Of a DNA stretch of 53,715 bases, positions 27,829 to 36,947 are shown piece by piece. Source of the stretch: Pseudomonadota bacterium. Lineage in GTDB: Bacteria > Bdellovibrionota > FAC87 > UBA2466. A model generated the notes under the pieces. It searched no databases. It had not been told where the DNA came from and saw nothing but the letters and a program-made list of their open reading frames with translations. Location: the NCBI GenBank assembly GCA_043718025.1, contig JAYSWN010000158.1, positions 1 through 53,715 of the forward strand. The letters run 5' to 3'. The translations under genes and the position numbers were made by a program. Each line of letters opens with the position of its first letter. The stretch's first letter is position 1.

Positions 27829-28521
27829 ATGCAAGAGACCTCTCTTTTTGTAGCCCAAGATTTGGATTTCACTTATCAATTAGGACGCACCCTGTTTCCA
27901 GCGTTGCGCGGCCTTAGCGTCGAAATCCCGGCCGGCAAAATTACAGCGCTGGCCGGCCCCTCCGGATCCGGTAAATCCACCCTGCTTCACCTACTTGGCC
28001 TGATTGAGCCCGTGCAAAAGGGAAAGCTGCTTTATCGGGGGCAAGATTTTCGAACGTTGAGTGAAGCGCAAAAGAACCAGCTCCGTCGCTTTGACATGGG
28101 TTTTGTATTTCAACAGTTCTTTTTATTCGACACTCTGAGTGCCGTCGAAAATGTAGAATATTTCTTGAAGAACCAAAACCTTTCGAAAAGTGAACGGCAA
28201 GGGCGATCAGAAAGCGCGCTGAAACAAGTTGGTTTGGGCGATCACCTAAACAAAAAGCCAAACGAAATGAGTGGCGGCCAGCGCCAACGAGTTGCGGTGG
28301 CCCGCGCCCTCGTTAAAAACCCCCGCGTCATCTTGGCCGATGAACCCACCGCCAGCCTCGATCAAAAAACCGGACGCGAAGTGATGGAACTGCTGCATAA
28401 CCTGAGCGTTCAGGGCACCTCCGTAGTAGTGGCAAGCCACGACCCCATGGCCCTCTCTTTCGCCAACGCAACCATCCGCATTATGGACGGCAAAATTCAG
28501 AGCGGAGACCATCATGAGTAA
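27829..28521 (+). CDS. ABC transporter ATP-binding protein (LolD/MacB-type)
   Basis: GPSGSGKST, GFVFQ, MSGGQRQRVAVARAL, ILADEPTASLD and SHD. Confidence 0.93.
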   Translation: MQETSLFVAQDLDFTYQLGRTLFPALRGLSVEIPAGKITALAGPSGSGKSTLLHLLGLIEPVQKGKLLYRGQDFRTLSEAQKNQLRRFDMGFVFQQFFLFDTLSAVENVEYFLKNQNLSKSERQGRSESALKQVGLGDHLNKKPNEMSGGQRQRVAVARALVKNPRVILADEPTASLDQKTGREVMELLHNLSVQGTSVVVASHDPMALSFANATIRIMDGKIQSGDHHE

Positions 28522-29734
28522 ACTTTTAATGCTCGTTAATTTGGCCAGCCGCAATCTGCTGCGTAATCCTCGCCGAACTCTTGCCGTGCTGCTGACCGTT
28601 GCCATGGGCGCGGGCTCGCTATTTATTTTCGAAGGCTTTAACACCGGCATTATGAATCAGTACCGTGAAAACGCCATTCATTCGCGGCTCGGCTACGGTC
28701 AGCTCAACACTCACGGCTACACCGACAAGGTGCACGAAAAGCCCTGGGAGCACTGGATTGAAAATCCGGCGCCAATGCTATCGGCAATTAAACAGCTTCC
28801 CGGCGTTACCAACGTATTCCCCCGGCTAGGCTTTTACGCCCTGCTCTCCAACGGCGCCGTATCATTAAGCGGTCGCGGCCAGGGTATCGACGGCTTAGCG
28901 GAAGCAGACTTTTTTCACTCGCTCAATATCGAGAGTGGGGTTTCTTTAACTGACCAGCCCGACGGTGTCTTATTGGGACGGGGGTTGGCCCGCGCGCTCA
29001 ATGTCAAAGTGGGCGAGAGGGTAACCGTTCTTGCCAACACCGTTTTCGGAAGCATGAATGGCGCCGACTTAACCGTGGTTGGAATTTTTCACACCGGTGC
29101 TCGTGAGTTTGATGACTTGGTGTTTCGCCTCCCTTTGAAAGCCGCACAGAATTTGCTCGACACACAAAAAGTGGAGAGCATTGCCCTTGGACTGAAAGGG
29201 CTCGAAGACTGGACCCCGGTTGCCGCCGCAATCGAGAAAGCCTACCCAACGTTGGAAGCTACCCCCTTTGCCGTGCTCGACAAGGTCTATTACCAAAATG
29301 CTGTCGACTGGCTCAGCTCTCAATTTCGCGTGATTCGCCTCATTTTTCTGTTCATCGTAATTTTGGGAATTTTTAATACCATCTCCACCGGCGTGTTGGA
29401 GCGCAAGCAAGAGGTAGGAAATCTGCGCGCCAACGGCGAATCGCGCCCCCAAATTTTGGGTCTGTTTATGACGGAGGGAATCTGCTTGGGCGTGCTCGGA
29501 GCGCTAACCGGAATCGGTTTGGCGCTTGTGCTCAACGCCACAATCTTAGGCAACGGCATCTTGATGCCGCCCAGCCCGGGACTGACCCGGCAGTTTCACG
29601 TCTTTGTTGAACTCAGCCTCTTTTCGGCGGTTAAGACGTTCTTGCTCGGCGTAGTTTGCGCGATGCTCGGCACGTTAATGGCGTCAATTAAGGTAACCCG
29701 TCTCCCCATTGGCGAGGCACTGCGTTCAGTTTGA
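28514..29734 (+). CDS. ABC transporter permease (LolC/E-FtsX-MacB family)
   Basis: RNLLRNPRRT, a large periplasmic domain, ERKQEVG.LRA.G, and C-terminal PI.EALR. Confidence 0.9.
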   Translation: MSKLLMLVNLASRNLLRNPRRTLAVLLTVAMGAGSLFIFEGFNTGIMNQYRENAIHSRLGYGQLNTHGYTDKVHEKPWEHWIENPAPMLSAIKQLPGVTNVFPRLGFYALLSNGAVSLSGRGQGIDGLAEADFFHSLNIESGVSLTDQPDGVLLGRGLARALNVKVGERVTVLANTVFGSMNGADLTVVGIFHTGAREFDDLVFRLPLKAAQNLLDTQKVESIALGLKGLEDWTPVAAAIEKAYPTLEATPFAVLDKVYYQNAVDWLSSQFRVIRLIFLFIVILGIFNTISTGVLERKQEVGNLRANGESRPQILGLFMTEGICLGVLGALTGIGLALVLNATILGNGILMPPSPGLTRQFHVFVELSLFSAVKTFLLGVVCAMLGTLMASIKVTRLPIGEALRSV

Positions 29735-29743
29735 GGTAGATCT

Positions 29744-30454
29744 ATGAGTAGACTATTTAGTCTTCTGTTTCTCTTTAGTGTTTCGACAAACGCGACGGTT
29801 TCGCCCGCCATTCTCGCTGAGACCATTTTAAAAAAAGCCGATGCGATTCGTAATCCTGCTGGCGATTTCGTAATGAAGGTGGACGTGGAGTCTTCGTTTG
29901 ACGACGCCCGAACCTTTGAGGTTTACATTCACGGCAGTTCAAGAACCCTGGTGAAAACTCTGGCGCCGGTGCGTGACATCGAACGTTCTCTACTCATGGT
30001 CGATGAAAACATGTGGGCCTACGTGCCCAATCTAAAACGCGGCGTGCGCGTGAGTCTAAGCCAAAAACTGACCGGGCAAGCCGCCAACGGCGACATCAGC
30101 CGCACTCGATGGAGTGAAGATTATACGGCCAAAATCGAGAGTGAGAACGACAAAACATGGGTGCTATTTCTTGAAGCCAATAAAAAAGGGCTTACTTACG
30201 ACAAAATTCGCGCCACGGTTGAAAAAAAATCGTTTCGCCCGCTAAGTGCAGAATATTTAAGCCTGCAGGCAAAGCCGCTAAAAAATGCAAAGTTTTCTGG
30301 CTACAAATCAATTGGGGGCAACACTCGCCCCACGCAAATTGAAATTCAGGATGCCATTCGCACTGACCAAAAATCCACGCTTACGATCAAGACCATGGAC
30401 GTAAAACCGTTACCGGCATCACAATTTAGCCTCGAGAGGTTTCAAGGCCGTTAA
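29744..30454 (+). CDS. LolA-like outer-membrane lipoprotein/lipid-sorting protein
   Basis: Signal peptide, LLM…NMWAYVP…R.VR.S..QKL.G…NGD motif typical of LolA-like carriers. Follows the ABC pair. Confidence 0.8.
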   Translation: MSRLFSLLFLFSVSTNATVSPAILAETILKKADAIRNPAGDFVMKVDVESSFDDARTFEVYIHGSSRTLVKTLAPVRDIERSLLMVDENMWAYVPNLKRGVRVSLSQKLTGQAANGDISRTRWSEDYTAKIESENDKTWVLFLEANKKGLTYDKIRATVEKKSFRPLSAEYLSLQAKPLKNAKFSGYKSIGGNTRPTQIEIQDAIRTDQKSTLTIKTMDVKPLPASQFSLERFQGR

Positions 30455-31650
30455 TGCTTAACCGGATTCTCAATTCTAGCCTGATCTACCTTTCGCTATT
30501 GGCGACCGTCGCGAGGGCGGTTGAAATCAATGGCAAGACCTCTCTGGAATCCTTCTACCGTTTTACCGACAGCACCCTGATAAGTAGATTACTGGTTGAA
30601 GCCACCGCTAAGCAGCCTCTGTGGGCTAGTGACAAAATACAGCTTGATTTGCAAGCGGAGGGGCGCGCCTGGCTAACCGACGCGCGCGGAACCGCCGAGC
30701 GAGATTGGAGTGAAATAGCGCCCCGTAATTTCTACGTCACTTTTACCGAAGAGGATCTTAGACTTCGCGTCGGCTACCAAATATTAAACTGGGGCGAGAC
30801 ATTCGGAACTCCCCCCACCGACCTGATGAATCCGCGAGACTATCGTAACTTCGATTTTCTTGATTCACCAAAAAACAAAATTGCCATTCCTCTACTGTCG
30901 GCCAGCTATAGCCTCGGCGACGGCAATCTTCAGGCATTTTTTTCGCCCAAGGGCAATGCCCCGCACCTGCCAAAAGCGCTAAACGGCATTGCGATCAACT
31001 CTAGCTCGGTAAAAGACCGCTGGCTTGAGTCATTCGAAGCGGGAGGACGCTTCTCCTACGTTCTGTCCTCGATGAACTTTGATTTGTCGTACCTTAACCA
31101 TTTCAACCGTTTTCCGGCGCTCGATTTGAATCCAATTTTGACCGGGGTAGAGCTCGTACCCGTCCTAAAAAACGTTTCAACGTTTGGCCTGGGCGTGTCG
31201 CGCGGCTTCGAGCAGGTTGTGTTGCGTGCCGACGCTCGCTACACCGTAGAGAATCCCGTCGGCATCAGCGTTGCTCAGCCCATTCGCACCTTCCGCGACA
31301 GCTATGCGGTGGTCGTTGGCGCTGATTGGTCGCCCACCTTCGTTGAAATGCTCACCTTAGGCATTCAACTTCAACTCGATCGTTACCCCATTCCCGGTAC
31401 CACCGAACAGCCGGCGGTAAATTTTTTGGCGCGCAAATCACTTTTCCGAGACCGCATGGATTTGGAAGCACAATTTTTCCAAGGGCTGAAACTCAAAGAT
31501 CGCTTTTTGCAACTGGTAGTTGCGATTCGTCCGTACGGCAGCTGGACCGGCCGTTTTTTGTTTCAGGGTTTTCGTTCCGACCCAGCTTCGCCGCTCAGTT
31601 TTCTAGGAAACTACGACCGATTAGGAGGAGAGATCGCCTTCGCGTTCTAA
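30454..31650 (+). CDS. Putative outer-membrane beta-barrel (DUF1302-like)
   Basis: Signal peptide, RVGYQILNWG…D.MNP.D motif and C-terminal Phe (…EIAFAF). TAATG coupling. Confidence 0.7.
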   Translation: MLNRILNSSLIYLSLLATVARAVEINGKTSLESFYRFTDSTLISRLLVEATAKQPLWASDKIQLDLQAEGRAWLTDARGTAERDWSEIAPRNFYVTFTEEDLRLRVGYQILNWGETFGTPPTDLMNPRDYRNFDFLDSPKNKIAIPLLSASYSLGDGNLQAFFSPKGNAPHLPKALNGIAINSSSVKDRWLESFEAGGRFSYVLSSMNFDLSYLNHFNRFPALDLNPILTGVELVPVLKNVSTFGLGVSRGFEQVVLRADARYTVENPVGISVAQPIRTFRDSYAVVVGADWSPTFVEMLTLGIQLQLDRYPIPGTTEQPAVNFLARKSLFRDRMDLEAQFFQGLKLKDRFLQLVVAIRPYGSWTGRFLFQGFRSDPASPLSFLGNYDRLGGEIAFAF

Positions 31651-31656
31651 AAACCT

Positions 31657-32634
31657 ATGCATAGAGTTCGCGTATTCTTGAATGGTGCCGCTTCTCACAG
31701 CCGAGATTTTGATTGGCGCGGTGAATTGTCACGCATGCTGTTCCGTAGTGAAGTTGATTTTCTCTCTCCCAAGAACTTAATTGAATTGTTCGATGAATGC
31801 CGTAAAGCGGCCAGCGAAAAAATCGATGTGGTGATTTCAGTGGGTGGCGATGGCACCTTCCACACGCTACTGCAGCATCTAGCCCACTCCGAAACCGTTT
31901 TTCTCGTGGTTCCGGCGGGAACCGCCAATGACTTGGCAAACGAACTCGGCATCTCCAAAAAGTTAAAAAAAGCGGTGGAGTGCATCCGGCGCGACAGTTA
32001 TAAAACCATCGATCTTATCAAGGTAAACGATCGACTCATGGCCACTAATGGCGGCATTGGCTTGGTAGGCGAAGTTGCCCACTGCATTAATCAATGGAGA
32101 AAGAGCATTCCTGGCTTTCGCGGCTTGATGAATAAAAGCCGTCATCATGTTTACACCGGAGTGCTTTCCTCACGCCTTATCGCCAACCGTATCAATTATT
32201 ACGATCTTCAGCTCACTGATTCGGAAGGAAAAAAACGAGAAGTCAGATCGCCGCTGCTCCTGATCAACAACCAGGCGAAATTGGGCGGGTCCTTTTCGGT
32301 AGCGCCATCCACCCGCAACGATGATGGTCAGTTTAATGTACTGCTCTTTACCCACGAAAATCGCATGGATCTGCTCAATGCCATTCTGAAAGTGAAGCGA
32401 GGCGTGAGCGTCGAATCAGATAAGAATGTTCAATCTTTCGAAACTAAGTCACTCAAAATTTGCGGCTTCGATGATGCGAAGCCCCTTCGTTTTTTTGGTG
32501 ATGGCGAAGAGATAGCCATCACCTCGGAGCTAAATATTTCGATTCGCCCTAGGGCACTTCGCGTCTTTGCCCCTTTTAACACTTTGGCCGAACGCATTTC
32601 CCGGGAAGCGGCTCAGAAATGGAACACGGTATGA
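31657..32634 (+). CDS. Diacylglycerol/sphingosine kinase family protein
   Basis: FLN..A, SVGGDGT, PAGTANDLA, GGIG, NDDG and GDGE motifs of the DAGK/YegS family. Confidence 0.9.
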   Translation: MHRVRVFLNGAASHSRDFDWRGELSRMLFRSEVDFLSPKNLIELFDECRKAASEKIDVVISVGGDGTFHTLLQHLAHSETVFLVVPAGTANDLANELGISKKLKKAVECIRRDSYKTIDLIKVNDRLMATNGGIGLVGEVAHCINQWRKSIPGFRGLMNKSRHHVYTGVLSSRLIANRINYYDLQLTDSEGKKREVRSPLLLINNQAKLGGSFSVAPSTRNDDGQFNVLLFTHENRMDLLNAILKVKRGVSVESDKNVQSFETKSLKICGFDDAKPLRFFGDGEEIAITSELNISIRPRALRVFAPFNTLAERISREAAQKWNTV

Positions 32635-33698
32635 CCAAAACCATCTTTTTAACCGGCGCGAGTGGCTTTCTCGGCAAGTACCTAGTTCGCGATCTGCAGG
32701 CGCGGGGAAATAAAATTATCGGCTTGATTCGCCCCGACAGCCTAGCCAAGGTAATTGACGACCCCGCCTACCAAAACGTCACCTGGGTAAAGGGCACCTT
32801 AGACACGCTGGCGGACAGCTTGTCGGCCGAAGACCGCAAGGTGCTCGCCGCCACCACCGATATTGTCCATGCCGCGGCGGTTTACGACCTGGCGCAGAGC
32901 GAAGCCCAAATGTACCCGAGCAATGTCACCGGAACCCACGAGCTGGTTAGACTGGCGAACACCTTGCCTAACGTGGCCACCTTTCATCACGTCAGTACCT
33001 TGGCGGTTGCCGGCGATAACGTTAATGAGTTTGGCGAAGATGAATTTGACGAAGGCCAGTGCTTTCCCGATGGCTATTCCGCGACCAAATTTGCCGCGGA
33101 AAGCTGTGTTCGTTATTCGGATACCAAGTACGCCAAGACGATTTACCGCCTGGGCATTCTCATTGGGGATACGAGTAGCGGTTGGATCCCAAAAATCGAT
33201 GGCCTCTACTACGTGTTGCTTTTTTTGCTTAAGAACAAAACTAAAGTTCGCGCACTATTGAGCAAGGTAAAGGTTTTGCCATTCCCGTTCGCCAGCGGTT
33301 CGCGCACCTATTTAGTGCCGGTGGATATTGCCTCCAAAGCGATCACCGCCAGCGTGGAGCAAGCGCGCAATCAAGGGGCGAAAACAGGAGACGACGTCAC
33401 CACTTACCACGTGGTGGGAGAGGGGCAGAACATTCGTGACGTTATTTCATCGATGGTTAAGTTTTTGGGTATCTCCGTAAAGCTCATGCCCGTTCCACAG
33501 AACAGTTTGAATGACGTTATCGTAGAAAAGCTGGGGGTGCCCAAAGAGGCACTCCACTACCTGTACGAGGCACCCAAATTGTCTTCGAGCCGTTTTCGCA
33601 AAGATTTTCCTGACTTTAAATTTCCTCGTTTCGAGGATTACTCGGACCAGCTTTACCGCTTTGCCCAAGAGAAATGGCAGCCGGGGAGAAACGCCTAA
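32631..33698 (+). CDS. Extended SDR / thioester reductase (NAD_binding_4, fatty acyl-CoA reductase N-domain-like)
   Basis: TGASGFLG, HAAAVYDL, NVTGT, STLAVAG, YSATK (YxxxK) and KIDGLYY. ATGA overlap with the kinase. Confidence 0.85.
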   Translation: MTKTIFLTGASGFLGKYLVRDLQARGNKIIGLIRPDSLAKVIDDPAYQNVTWVKGTLDTLADSLSAEDRKVLAATTDIVHAAAVYDLAQSEAQMYPSNVTGTHELVRLANTLPNVATFHHVSTLAVAGDNVNEFGEDEFDEGQCFPDGYSATKFAAESCVRYSDTKYAKTIYRLGILIGDTSSGWIPKIDGLYYVLLFLLKNKTKVRALLSKVKVLPFPFASGSRTYLVPVDIASKAITASVEQARNQGAKTGDDVTTYHVVGEGQNIRDVISSMVKFLGISVKLMPVPQNSLNDVIVEKLGVPKEALHYLYEAPKLSSSRFRKDFPDFKFPRFEDYSDQLYRFAQEKWQPGRNA

Positions 33699-35839
33699 TG
33701 AAACACATCGTCAGCCTCACTCATGCCTCGTCACGCCAGAATTACGAAACCACCGTTAACTTCCGGGGAGAGCAGATCCTCATCTCTCATTTTGGTACCG
33801 ACTTTGACAGCGCCGTCATGGAGGGCCTCATTCAACGTTACGATGGGCGCTGCGATGTGATTGCCTTGTCCGGAATTCATCCTCCGGTCACATTGGGCAA
33901 AAAGGTATATCTGCATCCTGACACCAGCCGATTCACTTCGTTAGCGCAAAACACCCCCGTGACGAATGGATTTGGGTTTCGCAATACCTACCTGACGTGG
34001 GCCATTCGCAATCACGCCAAAAAGTGCCCCACTTACTTCGCTCACAAAAAAATCGCCTTTGTGAGTGGCTTGGTGATGCAACCCGTGGCTACCGCGCTGG
34101 CCGATTACACCCATCGGCTTTTCTTTGCTGACCCCTTAGTGCACTTCAACCTGCCCTGGGCGATTGAAGGCAACGAAGCCCTGCATCGCTATGCCCGAAC
34201 CATGCGATCGATTCTGATGCGAAAATCACTTAAGGCCCATGCTTCGCCGTTGAACCTCACGGGTAAAGCGTCGCTTTCGCTTAAACGGTTTCTGGCCTGC
34301 GATCTACTCGTCACCACCTCAACGATGCTCGAAAGAATTGATATTAACGTCGTGAAGGGGAAAACCGTGCTCATGGACACGTTAACCCCTGATCAAGAGA
34401 CGATGCTAAAAGAGGCCGGAGCCTGCGACGTGCTTCACTTCATGCCGCAAATCGCGAGTTTAAATACCACCCATCGCCTAAACTACCCAATCTTCGAAGC
34501 GCTATTGATGGTCACCGCCGAAGATCGCAGTCAAGTGACCACTGACGATGTCTTGGCCTTTATCGACGAACAAAAATTGCGCCCTCAGCTCCATACGCTG
34601 AGCCAGGTGCCGACGGCCAGCCACCGAAAGTTCGCCTTCATCGTACACCCCTTGTCCGCCCGCGACCTGTTCCGCCATCCGGCGTTGCGCCCGCTCTCGC
34701 GAGCGCTGTCTAACCGCCGGGTGGAAAAGGGCTTTGAGAAAATGCTCACCGTACTACCCGGAATTTCCTACGGAAAAATCACCGGCATAAAGAGTGAAAG
34801 CACCGGCAACACGGCGGAAGGGCTTATTTACACTCTCTTCGACACTCCGCGAGAGATGCTCGCGCAGTCGCCGGAGCGCATGTATTCCAAGATTGTAAAG
34901 ATCTGTGAACACGCTGCCGCCCAAGGCGCCGATCTGATCGGACTCGGAGCCTTTACCAAGATCGTCGGCGACGCGGGAATCACTATTGCGCAGCGAAGCC
35001 CCATTCCGGTCACCACCGGAAATTCATTGTCAGCCGCCGCCACTCTATGGGCGGCGCGGGTAGCCATGGACAAGATGGGCTTTTTGCCGAAATACAAATA
35101 CGGCGAAAAAATAGCCGGCACCGCCATGGTGATTGGGGCCGCAGGTAGCATTGGGGCCGTATCTGCCCGCCTATTGGCACGTGTGGTGACCAAACTTATT
35201 TTGGTCGGTCCCAAACCCGACCGGCTGATGGAACTCAAAGAGAGCATTCTCAAAGAAAATGATCTGGAAATAGTGATTGCCACCAGCCCGAATAAGTTGG
35301 CCGCCCGCTGCGATCTTATTGTGATCTCTACCTCGGCCATTGACGGCGATGTGTTGGATATCGCCTCGGTAGCGGCGGGAGCGGTGATCTGCGACGTAAG
35401 TCGGCCCGTGGCCTATAAGGCCGAGCAGGTGATCACGCGGCCGGATGTGCTGGTGATCGAAAGTGGCGAAGTCGAATTGCCCGGCACGGTGGAGTTGAGC
35501 TGCGACATTGGACTAGAAGATAATATTGTTTACGCCTGCCTGGCCGAGACCGCCCTGCTGGCATTAGATGGCCGGCTTGAAAACTTTACGCTCTCGAGAA
35601 ACATTCAATACCAAAAGGTAAGAGAAATATACGACATCGCCAAACGGCACGGCGCCCGACTCGCTGAAATTCGCGGGCCGTTGGGGCTGATTACGGATCA
35701 AGAAATTGGTCTTTGCCGGGAGCACGCAACACGGGCACGACTTGGCAAAAGCGTTTTACCCCTCGTTACCAACCCACAAACTACGGGGGTTTTAAAGAAA
35801 GCCTCACGCAAACCAATTTCAGGAGAGAAGCATGTCTAA
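33698..35839 (+). CDS. Two-domain oxidoreductase, C-terminal acyl-ACP-reductase-like (COG5322) domain
   Basis: FAFIVHPL, GLGAFTKIVG, TTGNS, Rossmann VIGAAGSIG, DVSRP and YACLAE (Cys at the Aar catalytic position). About 300-aa N-terminal extra domain. TAATG coupling. Confidence 0.7.
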   Translation: MKHIVSLTHASSRQNYETTVNFRGEQILISHFGTDFDSAVMEGLIQRYDGRCDVIALSGIHPPVTLGKKVYLHPDTSRFTSLAQNTPVTNGFGFRNTYLTWAIRNHAKKCPTYFAHKKIAFVSGLVMQPVATALADYTHRLFFADPLVHFNLPWAIEGNEALHRYARTMRSILMRKSLKAHASPLNLTGKASLSLKRFLACDLLVTTSTMLERIDINVVKGKTVLMDTLTPDQETMLKEAGACDVLHFMPQIASLNTTHRLNYPIFEALLMVTAEDRSQVTTDDVLAFIDEQKLRPQLHTLSQVPTASHRKFAFIVHPLSARDLFRHPALRPLSRALSNRRVEKGFEKMLTVLPGISYGKITGIKSESTGNTAEGLIYTLFDTPREMLAQSPERMYSKIVKICEHAAAQGADLIGLGAFTKIVGDAGITIAQRSPIPVTTGNSLSAAATLWAARVAMDKMGFLPKYKYGEKIAGTAMVIGAAGSIGAVSARLLARVVTKLILVGPKPDRLMELKESILKENDLEIVIATSPNKLAARCDLIVISTSAIDGDVLDIASVAAGAVICDVSRPVAYKAEQVITRPDVLVIESGEVELPGTVELSCDIGLEDNIVYACLAETALLALDGRLENFTLSRNIQYQKVREIYDIAKRHGARLAEIRGPLGLITDQEIGLCREHATRARLGKSVLPLVTNPQTTGVLKKASRKPISGEKHV

Positions 35840-36947
35840 ATCGAAAGAGTACTTTTCAAAGTTAAATTATACGTTGGCGAACGAAGACTCTACCCTCGAG
35901 GTGGAGATGGTGAAGCAGCTAAAGCCCAAGAACACCCTTACCGTTTGTGGTAGCGGCGGCCGGGCCCTGCCCCTCTTGGTGGGCACCAGCGAAAAACTGG
36001 TGTGCGCTGACCTATCGGAAAATCAGCTCTGGCTTGCCGAACTTCGCGAAGAGACCATTCGTCGGTTCTCCTTTCGTGAGTTTTGTCTTTTTTGGGGGTT
36101 CCCTCCTTACGAAGTCAGCGAGAACAAAAAGGGACGGCAAGAGATGTTTCAAACGCTGGAACTCTCACGTGACGCCAAGGACTACTTTTTACAACTGTTC
36201 ACCTCGTTAGAATGGCAGGGGCTGTTGTACGAAGGAAAATGGGAGAAAACCTTTACCGGGGTTCCCAAATTTCTGCGCAAGTTTCTAGGCGACCGGTACG
36301 ATCACGTTTTTAACTTTACCAACGTAGAAAATCAAAAAACGTTCTTCGATCGAGAGCTCACAAAATTGAGTTGGGTTTTCATTCCACGCATGGTGCTGCG
36401 GGCGTTTGGAAACGCGGCTTTCTTCAATGCCTTTTTGTACAAGGGGCATTTCGTTAAAAAGAATGTGCCGGAAACACATTACGAATATTACCGTCAAGCC
36501 TACCGCAAACTCTTTTATCTGGGGCTAAATCGCGAAAACTTTTTCTTGCAGCTTACCTTCTTAGGCAAGTTGGTCTATCCCGAAGGCAATACGATCGAAG
36601 CCACCCCTGAAGTTTTTGCCGCCATGAAAAAGGTAATCGACAAACGCGAGATCATTTACAAAAAGGGTGACCTACTTAGCGTTGGCGAAAGCACAAAAGA
36701 TAAGTTCGATTTTGTGTCGCTCTCGGATGTGCCGTCATACTTTGACGCCGCAACCGACGCCAATTATTTGCAGCGGTTGAAAAAAGGCATGAACCCGGGA
36801 GCCCACGCGGTGGTGCGCTGCTACCTGCGTGTTCCCGAAGGCACCGATCTGACCGGCTTCAAAGATGTTTCGACTGAATTCCAACACCTAATCGACAGCG
36901 AAAAGACGCAGATTTATCGCATTTTTATTTACCGCTTTGAGGGCTGA
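35832..36947 (+). CDS. DUF3419 / BtaA-like SAM-dependent 3-amino-3-carboxypropyltransferase
   Basis: NYTLANED…E, VCGSGG, D.S.NQ, GKWE and FVSLSDVPSY motifs. Confidence 0.8.
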   Translation: MSKSKEYFSKLNYTLANEDSTLEVEMVKQLKPKNTLTVCGSGGRALPLLVGTSEKLVCADLSENQLWLAELREETIRRFSFREFCLFWGFPPYEVSENKKGRQEMFQTLELSRDAKDYFLQLFTSLEWQGLLYEGKWEKTFTGVPKFLRKFLGDRYDHVFNFTNVENQKTFFDRELTKLSWVFIPRMVLRAFGNAAFFNAFLYKGHFVKKNVPETHYEYYRQAYRKLFYLGLNRENFFLQLTFLGKLVYPEGNTIEATPEVFAAMKKVIDKREIIYKKGDLLSVGESTKDKFDFVSLSDVPSYFDAATDANYLQRLKKGMNPGAHAVVRCYLRVPEGTDLTGFKDVSTEFQHLIDSEKTQIYRIFIYRFEG

